DNA of 62,362 nt, counting the filler, from Sphacelaria rigidula (lineage: Eukaryota): assembly GCA_964200075.2 (NCBI GenBank). It is 8 parts of 8 records of this genome, joined end to end, with 100 filler letters (N's around TTAATTAATTAA, not from the genome) between each part and the next. Parts side by side here need not be neighbours in the genome. Positions count along the whole stretch, not along the records: positions 7,810 to 15,518 come from CAXNAA020013720.1; positions 15,619 to 23,326 come from CAXNAA020013721.1; positions 23,427 to 31,134 come from CAXNAA020013722.1; 5 more parts are not named here. One strand, 5' to 3'. Under the pieces are notes generated by a model. It did not search any database, had not been told where the DNA came from, and worked only from the letters and a program-made list of their open reading frames with translations. A program made the position numbers and the translations under genes. Each line of letters starts with the position of its first letter. Within the stretch, counting starts at the first letter, position 1. Shown here one piece after another: positions 12,986 to 24,220 of this stretch.

Positions 12986-13351
12986 CAATCCAAAAAAAAA
13001 GCTCGCGCGGAGGCAGCCGCCATAGTGGCAAAGAGCAAGGGTGCGAGCAAGGCCAAAGCTAAGGCCAAGGCCAAAAAGGCGGGCAAGATTCCCACCGAGA
13101 ATCCCAAGGAGAAACGAGGTGGGTCTCGCCCAGGAGGCAAGAAACAGGGCTTTGGCCCGGGGGGACCCAAACAATCCGCACAGAGTGTCAAGCCCAAGAA
13201 GGGGGGAGGAGGCAGCGGCGGGTTTCAGGTTGGAGTCAAGGGTAAAAAGCAGCAACAGCAGCAGGCGGTGACGGCCGGGGGGAAGGGGAGGAAACGCGGG
13301 AGGAAGGCGGCAGCGGCGACTGGGGATGGACAGGCTATCGCGCCTGCTCCG
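12986..13351 (+). CDS. Exon 3 of the same protein (gene likely continues off-contig)
   Basis: Acceptor AACAG, donor CCG|GTGAGA; 122 codons QSKKKARAEAAAIVAKSKG...AIAPAP; phase 0. Confidence 0.75.
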
Positions 13352-13682
13352 GTGAGAATTGAGAGTTGTTGGACTGTTAGATTTTGGTTTGTTGGGTTGG
13401 CGGAGAAGTGGTCGTGCGGGAGTTGTCCTTATTTGTAGGCACATGGCGATAAGCTCTGCTGTGTTTGGCGTCCGTGTTTTATGCATTTGGTCTTGACAGT
13501 CCCCTTGTTTTTGCCCCTTGACGCCAAGGAAAAAGAGTTGATTATTTGAGGCCTGATGGGTGTATTACCCGCGATTTGAGTGTCTTAGCCTTCAGACCGT
13601 TGTCCCGCGACGCGAGGGGGGTGAAGGGGGGGGGGGGGGGGCTCGGCGGCGAAGGGGAGAGCTGGGCGGAGTCGGTAAAGTT

Positions 13683-15217
13683 CACACCCTGGACAATACA
13701 ATATGTAATATATATATATATATTGCCCGCTCAATATATCGACGCGTCGGGGGGTCAATATATATATTGGGCGAGCAATATGGTGACACGAGAGAGGGTC
13801 AATATATTTTGTGCCATCAATATGTCAAGGCTCGCGACATGCAAAATATATCGACCGAACAATATATCACGACACGCGCCACCTCAATATGTATTGGCCG
13901 AGTAATATATTGGCTGCCACCCGAGGTCAGTATATACTGACGATTCAATATACTCGACACCCGAATCGCCAATATATATTGCCCCCCCAATATGTCGTGC
14001 GTCAATGCGTCCAATATATATTGGGCGGACAATACACGAGGGAACCGACGGTCACAATACATGTTGGTGTAGCAAAATATTGATTTTCAACATATAGATT
14101 GGGAAGCGTATTGGAATTAGTATCGTGGGCAGTTCTTTGTTCGCGGGCGCCATTCAAAGACGTATTTTACATGCCGAAAACGCTCAATGTATTCCTCCGC
14201 AAGCGTGTTCAATATATATTGACTGCACAATAGCTATCCGATCAGCGTGCGCAATATATATTGAAAAAACGATATGCTACGCATTGCTTCGACTCAATAT
14301 ATATCGACACTTAAATACACACACGGCCGGCATGCGCAATATATATTGAATGTTTTATTCTCGGAGCAAGTGCATGTCCAATATATATTGACATACATTA
14401 TTTCATGATCATGACACGAGCAATATATGTTGTTGCTTCAATATCTCCGAAGACATCTCAACACAACATATATTGAAAGGACAATATTTGCGCTGGCTCC
14501 AGTAGGATTTATTGGTATCATATTGGAACATATTATATTGTCCAGGGTATAAGCAACACAGCCCCGGTGACCACAGGGGTACCAAAAGGCGCATATCGAC
14601 CCGCGTTTTCTGTCGTCGTGATGTTTAGCCAAGATATTTATATTACATGCGGGAAAGGGGGTGGGAGGCCCCGCACTGGTGGCCAGATAGGTATCAGGAG
14701 GCGTATATACCAGGTCATATTTTCTGACCGGTATACACATATCTATATATATATCTATATATCAAACGCATTCGACAACTTTCCAGAGTAATGCACGCGA
14801 ACTTCTGCGGCTGCTTTCGAAGCTTTTCCCAATCTGCACGGGCTCCGGCATCCATCGCGTCTGGATCTCTCTTAAGGCGTACACCATACTTATAATATCC
14901 AATATATATTGACCGGCCAATACATCATCACCCACGCAGACCCAATATATATTGACCGGTCAATATGTTCTCATCAATGCGACCCTAATATGTATTGGTC
15001 GTGCAATCTGCTGTCGCCCACGCTGCCCCAATATATATATTGATGGGACAATATGTATGCAGTCCCACGACATCAATATATATATATATATATATATTGG
15101 GCGCGCAATACATGTGCAGTCTACGGGTACCAATATATACTACACCGGCAACATATCGCAAAATTCCAATATGATCGACTAATATATATGGAAACATTTT
15201 GTATTGTCCAGGGTGTG
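13683..15217. mobile_element. Non-autonomous TIR element (composite) with a periodic CAATATATATTG array
   Basis: Perfect 19-bp TIR CACACCCTGGACAATACAA / TTGTATTGTCCAGGGTGTG; an extra right end at about 14537-14550; palindromic 12-mer every 42-43 bp. Confidence 0.8.
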
Positions 15218-17451
15218 GTAAAGTTCCAATACATCTGGATTTCATCATCAGGCCTGCCGTTCCGGTAGTGTTGGTACAAGACCCGACCCTTCCGAGTGTC
15301 ACCCCCGACCGCTGAAACCGCGGATATTTTTGATCACCGTATATAACTGCACATTCTTCTACTTTCGATGCCATTCCCGCGCGGTTTTGTTGTTGCACCC
15401 ACTTTGTTTTTGCGGGCGCGCGCGCTGGGGGGGGGGGGGGGCCCGCGGGGGGATGGGGGGGGGCGGGGGACCGGGGAGCCCACGGGGGGGCGAAGGAGGA
15501 AGAGGAAGGGGGGAGGGGNNNNNNNNNNNNNNNNNNNNNNNNNNNNNNNNNNNNNNNNNNNNTTAATTAATTAANNNNNNNNNNNNNNNNNNNNNNNNNN
15601 NNNNNNNNNNNNNNNNNNCTCTCCGGCTCCGTGCCCCCGAAGGAGGTCGGGGTCGAATGTAAGACGAACAAAACAAAAAAACAACAAACAACCCCCCCCC
15701 CCCCCCCCCCCCCCCCTCCCTATCTCCCCTCACCTCCTCCCCGCGCGGGGTGGTTGTTGGCTTCCAACTGCAATGATACCGAGAAGCAAGATAAACCGGA
15801 CTTTCGAGATATGACGTAGGATAATACCCCCAAGACTACTCAGTCTCCAATCCCCCGATAGTACCGAGACACCGCAAAACGTGTACTTGCGCGGGAGATC
15901 CTGTGAGATAACAAAATTCTACAACATCCCTTGATCGGTAACACTTGGGATATATCGATACGCCGGACGTGAAGGCAGTTTGGAGGCGTGTTCTCGTTTG
16001 TCGTGTGCCAAATACGCTCGTGGCCCTTCGCGTACTGTACAGTACACCGTGTCTTGGTCATCACCAGGCTTCTTCCTGTCTTTGCCTCTCACGCCTTCAG
16101 GATAGACAGGTACGTGAGGTAAAAACAGCATACCATGGTGCCCTATTTTTTGCGGCGGTTTTTCCCACGAGCGTGTAGCGGGCAAAGAAGGAGAGGGAGG
16201 GAGAGATGGCGAAGATTCCGAGGAGGAAAGGGGCAGTTGTCGTCAGTCGAGAATTTGTTTGTGCGATTCCATTGAGGAGGAGAACAGGGCAGTAGCGAGT
16301 CACAGACAGTTTGGTGCCTGTGCAAAAACAAGGGATGGGCGAGAGTTTCGGTCGTCAACGATATGTTGGCTGCCGAGTGCAAAATAAATACCTTCATGAG
16401 CTGCCGACTAGAGGACCTGATCGAGTATTGTAACGACTGACAAAACCTCACACGAGAAAACATACCCATCGTCATGATTTTGGCCAGGTTTCGAAAGTCA
16501 TGTGGTGCTTGTACCAATACGGCTGTACACTACTCCGTAGCACACATCCCACCCAACGTGTATCCCGTGTGTCGCATCCTTTATCAAAAGTGTACCGTCG
16601 GACCATCAGATGAGGTAAAAAACAAAATGCATTGCATTTACATGTACAGTACACGCACACTTCTTCTGCACAGCCAGCAACAATACCTGAAAATCAACCA
16701 AGCACTCCGCGTTTTTGGTTTTCGGTTCCGTTGATTTCATTTTATTTTTAGTTATTTTCTCAAAAGTAGAAAGTAGACGCTTACAAGAACACACACACAC
16801 AAACGATCACAGCAGACTCCCCCCCACCCCCCCCTCCCCAACAAACCGTTATTAGAGGAATGGTTGAGATCGACATCACGTACACCCATCCCATCAACTC
16901 AGGACGAAAAATGTCACGTCATGATGGTGTCATCTTCACGTACATCGTGATTGTATCAAACACGTTTCCCTGGCACTGTGAATGTATGTAGTAGTGTGGC
17001 CACCCTATACCCGAGGATTAATGCTTTACATATTCTTGGGGTTAGGGTCAGGGTTAGGGATGGATCGGGCTGTGTCGGTTTTGAGTTGAGTTCACGGTTA
17101 GGACCAATCATCACGACTACGAGTCACCAAATTACACGATTTTTTCGGCCTGATCTCGCCCAAAAGGGAGAGAAAAGTTGACCGCTTGTCCAAGGGGTAT
17201 CCACGCAACTTTTGCGCCATTCCACGTGTCTGGGCTGCGTGTACCTGGGTTGCAACGCTGGAAACAAAGCCTAGGGATTGATTGGTACGATTCGAATCAA
17301 TTACACTAGAACGACGCCATTTCCCGACGAATCATTGATTTGTCCAACCCTTAGTTGACCTGGTGTTGACGTCATGATGACGTCATACTGACATCATCAT
17401 ACCTCCCGGCGGCTTGGTCAAGGGCCCTCCCAAAACATCCGTCCCCAGAGC

Positions 17452-17702
17452 AATGCTACGGTAGGGTCGCACTTCTTGCGCGAAATCTTGTCTAGTTCAG
17501 GGGCTCCTAGAGATTCTACATGCACAAGAATATGAGTCAGGGCACCCCCGTTTGTAAATTCATTCGGGATATCCCTAGCACATTGGAATAGTAATCCTGG
17601 CGTACTCTCACATATTTCATAAGTCGTGTTATGGATGAGTGAGATGAAGGGCTCCTAACAACGTCTATTTTAGCGAATATTTGTGCACTCCTACCGTGGC
17701 AT
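17452..17702. mobile_element. MITE (ATGCTACGGTAG TIR); second copy at 37668-37920
   Basis: Inverted termini and colinear similarity between the two copies. Confidence 0.75.
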
Positions 17703-17735
17703 CCCTCCCCAGTACAAGGAGAACAACGAACTTAC

Positions 17736-17802
17736 CGCGAACACGGCGGTGCGCAAGTAGCTCATGCTTTGGCTCTTGACGAGGATGTACAGGGGGTTGT
17801 AC
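17736..17802 (-). CDS. MAPEG-family membrane protein exon
   Basis: Acceptor CACTAG, donor GCG|GTAAGT; (A)YNPLYILVKSQSMSYLRTAVFA; phase-compatible with exon 19681-19827. Confidence 0.75.
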
Positions 17803-19680
17803 CTAGTGGAAAGCGATACGTACAAGGCAGGGCGGGCGGTGGGAAGTGTACTCATGATCTTGCCTGCCGTGGTCACCAAAACCCTTGGCCTCTCATTCCT
17901 ACAAAGCCGGGACAGAGCACGCCGGGTTTTCGCCGGACCAGGTTCGCACACAATCGCAAGGTGCGAAGCACCGTGATATATCCGGTGACTCGCAGTTGAG
18001 GGGGGGGTGTACTCTTGATCATGCATGCCATAGTAATAAGACCATTGACCTCGTACCCCTACAAAGTCGGGACGGAGCACGCTGGGTTTTCGCCGGATCA
18101 GGCTCGAGAGAGGGATGGGTGGGTGGGGGGGAGTCGCTAAAAGATGGGGGTACGAGGGTAGCGGCGTCGGTTTTTGAGGAGGGGAATACCAACAACGGCG
18201 TGTTTCGGAAGAAGATACAGTTAATGGGAAGCAAAACTACCGTTACTTTGGACCGTGACGACCCTAGCTTTCTTTTGTTGATACACTGCAGAACACCAAC
18301 CGTTTCACCGCCGCGAGCAGGGCGGGGCCATCTGTTGAATCGGCAATCGTTTTCACTTGAAAAAATGACAGACTCAGATAACCCACCCTGGCGCTCACAG
18401 GATTGAGTGTAGAACCGCATGCGGCCTTCTACTGTGTCTGGGACATAGAAAAGAGTACGTCTGGATACGCAAGACTCCAGCCCGGAAATTGTGAATGAAT
18501 TTGTACGAGAGGGAGATTAGGCCACGCTGGGAACATAGGTGTGATCCATACAGGCCGCCTCGCCTGTATACTGAACGTACTCCACAGCACGGTGCACCAC
18601 CAAAACAAGATGCAACCAGACACGTGATGGGCAAAACATTTATCCTTTTTTTTCCCCGTCACACTTTTGAGCCCTTTCCTCCCGAGCGACGAGTCTATGG
18701 TCTCCATGAATAATCAGCCGTTATCTCTCCCTCTGACACAAGTATGACATTTTGGTTTTGCGGATTGGATCATGACCATCAGCACTCCCGCACTGTGTCG
18801 ACTTTCGTCCACCTTTTCTTCCTACTGGCGTCTCTCGCGTATCCAACGTCAATCAGATGATGAGAGAAAAAACATACAGAACGATATATGTGCTGAGATT
18901 CGAACATACTAGTCCACCGCAACTGCGGTGTGCAAGTTAGACCAACGGGACGTAGTGGCATAAAAAAGGAGTCAAAGCAGGTTCTAACCGAATATACGCA
19001 CTCTCAAGGATAGGCACATGTACACATGCATGGATGCAAGGGAAACGGATATTGAGGTTGGATCATGACATATAGGGGAAAGGCGAATAAGATATACACT
19101 TCTATTATCCAAGGTATACCCGATATGATGGTTGCAGTAGATATCTGCTGGGGGGCACACGCCTTGTCGCGTGGCGAAGAAATGAGGGGTATGACGTGTT
19201 ATTTTGTATGAGCGATTTTCGCAAGGTTGATCCTCCCTTTTGGCAGTACACAAGTGTGTTTTTACATTTTATATGGAGAGTATATTATACATTTTCCTAC
19301 TGGGGATATACATTGAAACAACAACGGAGTGGTTTCGGTCCCCGGACCCTTTTTCAACCATCGACCCTTGCGCCGAGCATGCAATCAAGCCCTTAGGTCC
19401 AATTTCATGAGATAACGCGAGACTTTCGACCAAAACGAATAGTGTCGCTCGACGTTCGGTCTCCAAGTATCAATTTTCTTGCCATCAACCAATCGTCTGC
19501 AATTTTTATCCGTGCCCTTGTCGGCGAATTCATACTCTTTCATCACACACGCACAGTTGCGGTACATCAAACTTTTGGGAAAAGACAGGGCAAGCTGGGT
19601 TTCTCCATTCGCCCCTGGGTGATATCCTCAGTATGGCAACTACGGTACTGCCACGTGCACCACGGGGAAAGGGAACTTAC

Positions 19681-19827
19681 GCCGCCCTGCAGGCCACCCA
19701 CACCGTGGCGACCTGGTTCATGTCCGCAGCGTCCACGTCCATCACTTTCGCCAGCAGGATTGAGGCCGTCCAGAGAATCATCGCCTCATAGCCGTTTTGG
19801 TGAGCGGCGTATGCCCGCCTCGTATAG
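19681..19827 (-). CDS. MAPEG-family membrane protein exon
   Basis: Polypyrimidine tract and CAG acceptor, GTAAGT donor; YTRRAYAAHQNGYEAMILWTASILLAK...VWVACRA contains the MAPEG RAxAAHxNxxE motif. Confidence 0.8.
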
Positions 19828-20390
19828 CTGTGCAAAGAAATAAAAAAAAGGACGTCAAGCGGGTGAAGAGGAAGCATGATGAGGACCACAGTAGTAGTAC
19901 CGTAATAATTTTCTCACGTAATATTTTTCTTGTAACCATCATCTTAGCCCTTTTATCCCATACCCGCAGTTAAAACGCAGTCCTAAGGATCTCGGGCAAC
20001 AACAACGCATGGGAAGAGAGACATCACTCGTCTCCTCTGGTCGGAGATACGTCACTGCAATATAAGGGAGATGCAGATGGCAACTCTCCAATGGTCACAA
20101 CAACAGAAACAAATATCATTTACGTAAAAACTCGTATAGGAAAAACCCGAGCAATGCATTCCAGTAAACAGGGCAGTAAAATTACAGGGTACATACACAA
20201 CACACACAAGTTGCGTCAATATCCTTTTTCAGCGTTTTCTGTTTTCAAAACTATTCTCAATGTACGGACTACGGTACTGCAGCGCTGTCAGACACATAGG
20301 TGTGCGTCATCGGGGTAGATGCGTAGGGGTTGTCAACGCACAGATGTCTCTTGGATGTGCCGAAAGCCCACCCACGACCAAACTGGGGCC

Positions 20391-20540
20391 GAAGGTCACG
20401 AGAGTAGGGCGGCGGATGAACTGCGCCAAGCTGACAGGGGGTTCTAGTGGGTTAAACCACCACACTGTCTTGAGCGAAGCTTTCCGAACGCGTCTACCCC
20501 ATGCCGTGAGGCAGTCTAAGCTAAGCCTCCGGGTAATCTA
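20391..20540 (+). repeat. Dispersed structured repeat, about 160 bp (copies at 51046-51208 + and 37970-38131 -)
   Basis: Shared core AGAGTAGGGC...CGCCAAG.TGACA.GG.G.T.TA.TGGG...CCACACTG.CTTG in three contigs. Confidence 0.75.
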
Positions 20541-21347
20541 GAGGACATCAGGAAATGTACATTAACAACGGTTGGTACTCGATTTTACTTGATTTCAGAC
20601 TGAGGAAAGTTCTGAGAAAATTCGTGATTTAGAGCAGGTGAGTAGTGACTGGTGAGCAGTAGACCCGGCTCGTCGTCCAGAACGTGTTTTGGTCCAAAAT
20701 CGGCTCAAGGCGTCAATTTGAGCTCTGACAACGCACACTTTGCTCATGACACACTTTGCACCCCCCTTACCCGAGGGTTCTCGGTATGCCTAGGTCGGGG
20801 TCGGGGTCAGGGTTAGCGTTAGGGTTGGCGGCATCTCCACCGTACCAACCATTGTTTACGTACAATTCTTTAGGCCCCCTCGTGTATTCGGCACACGATT
20901 CCCCTTGCGGCCCTTGCGGGGTGAGTGTTGGGATGAGGATTACTCCTCCCTTCAAGGAGAGGAAGAAAAAAAAACGACCACAATCAACCAACCTCTCCCC
21001 CAGCTTACACACACAACGTTCATCGACGCCCCGTACGATCAGACGAATATGTCGCGACAGCGGGGGACGGCCATGGCGCACAGCAGACGCCAAATGCTTT
21101 CCTGAGTTCGTGCTGCCCAAAGCCTTCAAGCTATTACACGTGATCCTTCACGCACGACACGGCAAGACGCAGAGGAGGGGGGCTTGCGATATGAGGAGAG
21201 TCCGTCTTCCTTGCCGTCTCTGCACTCTGTCGTGCGTTGTTCCGTTTGGATTATCGCAGCCGTCACGACGGAGTGATACCACGGTAGCCCCTCCCCAGAC
21301 TGAGAACCTAAATGTTGGAGGTGTCTCTATTAGGACTAGGAACAGTG

Positions 21348-21560
21348 CAAGGGCAGGTCGAGTGGAGTACACTCAATTGCGGGGTATTTCGAAAGTCGTA
21401 CAAGTAAAGTACACAAATTGGGGGTAGGGTGTTTAGGGATCGCTTTCGAGTTATTCTTGGGATACGACTCCCAACACTCTACCCTAACTTGAGTACAGTA
21501 CCTCAAGTACGTCTTCCAAAATACCCCGCAATTGAGTATACTCTACTCGACCTGCCCTTG
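21348..21560. mobile_element. MITE with CAAGGGCAGGTCGAGT TIR and 8-bp TSD (hAT/P-type)
   Basis: TIR pair; flanks GAACAGTG and GAACGGTG; an interrupted copy lies at 51277-51707. Confidence 0.85.
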
Positions 21561-21928
21561 GAACGGTGCTCCGTCTCGAAAGGGATGCGTGGTCAATGGT
21601 CAAGCGACGAAGGCAAGCAACAAATGAGTACGCCCCCCCCAAAATCAGCCCCACAACTCTCACGAAGGAAACGGTCACACAGCGTATGATAGCAGGCTTT
21701 AGACTGCATGAAAGCGCCTCATATGGGCGACATTGGCGAAAACGATCCCAATCGGGAGAGCTCCCAGCTGCTCGGTGTGCTCGGCTTTGGCCATTTCGAT
21801 TTTCATGTAGACATTTCCTTTTCAAACCGCCACCTTCCGGGGGAGGGGGTTATCGCGCTATCAATCGTTGTTTTTTCCTGCCACAATCCATTCGTCTATT
21901 CGACTTGCCTCCAGCATTTCAGCAGGTA

Positions 21929-22358
21929 ACACGAGATTTTACAAATCGGGGGTGGATTATTTATTGGGGATCAAAACCCGGATAATTAAAATCTTCGTAC
22001 CCACACCAAATCTTCGAAACATGATTCCATTTATTCACTTGCTGATAGATATTGACAACTACTACACGCCGCACAAATTTGGGTTTCGGTAATCGAAATG
22101 TCGGGGCCCCAGGTGAAAAATCAATTTGGGGGGATTTGGGTGATCCGATCGGACGCCAATTTTTGTTTTTCACCTAGGACCCCGACATTTCGGTTATCGA
22201 AATCCAATTTTTTATGGCGTTTAGTGGTTATCAATAGCTACCAGCAAATGAAGAAGTGGAAGCATACTTCGAAGATTTGGTGTGGATACGAAGATTTTAA
22301 CTCTCCGGGTTTTCATCCCCAATAGATAAACCATCCCCAATTCACAAAATCCCGTGTT
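21929..22358. mobile_element. Foldback MITE, about 430 bp; second copy at about 56639-57079
   Basis: The two halves are reverse complements along nearly the full length in both copies. Confidence 0.85.
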
Positions 22359-23564
22359 AAGTCGGCTGTCAGTTCCTTCTTTGTTCTCCTCTCTTCTGTG
22401 GTCGCGTGCAACGTTCATTCGGTTTTCCCGCCTCGCGGGTACGACCGCAAGTAGAGCTGCATAGACAGACACAGGATGGACATCGTCGTGGTGCATCTTT
22501 TTCGATACGGTACAGAACACTACAGCACAGTAAACTACACTTCAGTGACAAGTCAAAGCCGTCAACTCTCGTCGACATGAGCGCGCTCATCACTCGAGCT
22601 CGCTTCTCGTTGCTACAGCATACGGGCTGGGTGCTAAACAGGGCGGTCGAATGTGGCGCATATCCTTTAGTACCGAGTAGAATAAATATCTTTATATCGC
22701 ACACTAAAATCAGTACATTCAATCATATGAATTGCTTATGCCGTGATAGCACCGCCAAGAAAAGTGGCTGGTTTGGGGGAGCAAAATCTACATGTAAATC
22801 ATAAACACAAGAGCGGAGACACCGAGCATCTCGGAGCCCCCACGATTGGGGTAGTTTTCGCCAATGTCGTCCGTCTCAGGCTCCTCGTGCAGTCTGAAAC
22901 CGGCCATCATACGCTGTGTTGCCAGTTTCTTCGTAACCGTTTTGAGGCTTGTTTGGGGGGGGCTATCCCGGCATCATTCGAATAGAACACCTCCGTACCC
23001 CCCGGTCGTGTAAAATTTAATTTGTACAGCTGATATCCCTAGGGTGAAGGGGAAACAGAAAAACCGGTTCGATCCCCGCCTGTTGCATTCGAGTTTTTCT
23101 TCAAAGATTCTGATTACCACCATTAACAGCGTGAGGACGTGCGTGAGTAGCAGCAAAAATGATTTGTTCGACTGAACTTGTTTGATGAGAGGCGACGGGA
23201 TGCGGGGGTGCTGATCTCATCGATCCGCTAGACCCAAATGCAAGCCGTGTACGGGAGGGAGATGGGTCGATCCCTTGAGATCACGCACTCGTCCCGAGGA
23301 GGACGAAGGGGGGGGGGGGAGCGTACNNNNNNNNNNNNNNNNNNNNNNNNNNNNNNNNNNNNNNNNNNNNTTAATTAATTAANNNNNNNNNNNNNNNNNN
23401 NNNNNNNNNNNNNNNNNNNNNNNNNNCGTCACGAGTCGACTCATTATACTAAAACCAAGTAATTTCCAGATGAGTCATTATTTGTCCGACCCTTGCAACA
23501 TTCTACAACCACAGCACCGACCTAGCATCCGCACTAGCCAGTCTTCCGAGGGAGGAGTAAAAGT

Positions 23565-24220
23565 ACAGTTACACATGCTAATCGAGGCCGAAACATATAG
23601 TTTTCTTTTCAAAAAGTGTGTAGGATCTTCCTGGTGGAAAATCGTACAAGCCGATGAGATGGGAATGATCCGCCCAGTCGATCGGCAAAGAAGCGAATGG
23701 GTCGCCCGGTCGGTTGGGGAAATAAGCGCAGAAGGCCATTTGCACCCATGACACGCGCACGTCCCTGCTACATTGCATCGCCGGTACGGTCTGTTCATCA
23801 TTCATTTTCACGTCAAAACTGTGACAATGCAACACAAATGACCCACGCTGGGGGTGCCCGTCTGTATAGGTCGAGACAAAGCCGATCGAAAACGGACAGT
23901 ACAGTACAGCAGTACAATTCTATACCATACAGTACGGTGTTGTCTTCTCTCTCCCACCCGTTGCGTTCGTTCCGTTTGTCGATGGGTATCGCCAAGGATC
24001 AGATTACACCAAACCCTTCGACAACGTCACCCCTTCCCGCCTCCAGTTCCAAAATAAAGTCCTTGGGCTGCCACGGTGGGCATTCATTTTAGAAGTAAAT
24101 AGTACGCCCATACAAATACAACTGACCCATCATGAGGTGGCTGCCGTCTGTGTAAATAGACAAAGCCGAAGTGCAACGTACAGCACAGAACAATCAGTAC
24201 AGTACAGCGCAGCACAGTGT
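23565..24220 (+). repeat. Dispersed repeat, about 650 bp; homologous copy at about 44625-45280
   Basis: Colinear similarity, e.g. GGGAATGATCCGCCCAGTCGATCGGC and ATTGCATCGCCGGTACGGTCTGTTCATCAT. Confidence 0.85.

Noticed and set aside
13700..15200. CRISPR array
   Set aside because: Repeats are only about 12 bp and degenerate, lie inside TIRs in a eukaryotic genome, and no cas genes or leader are seen.
16101..16118. Microexon continuing the UBM gene
   Set aside because: Splice signals are plausible, but it lies on a different contig and has no other support.
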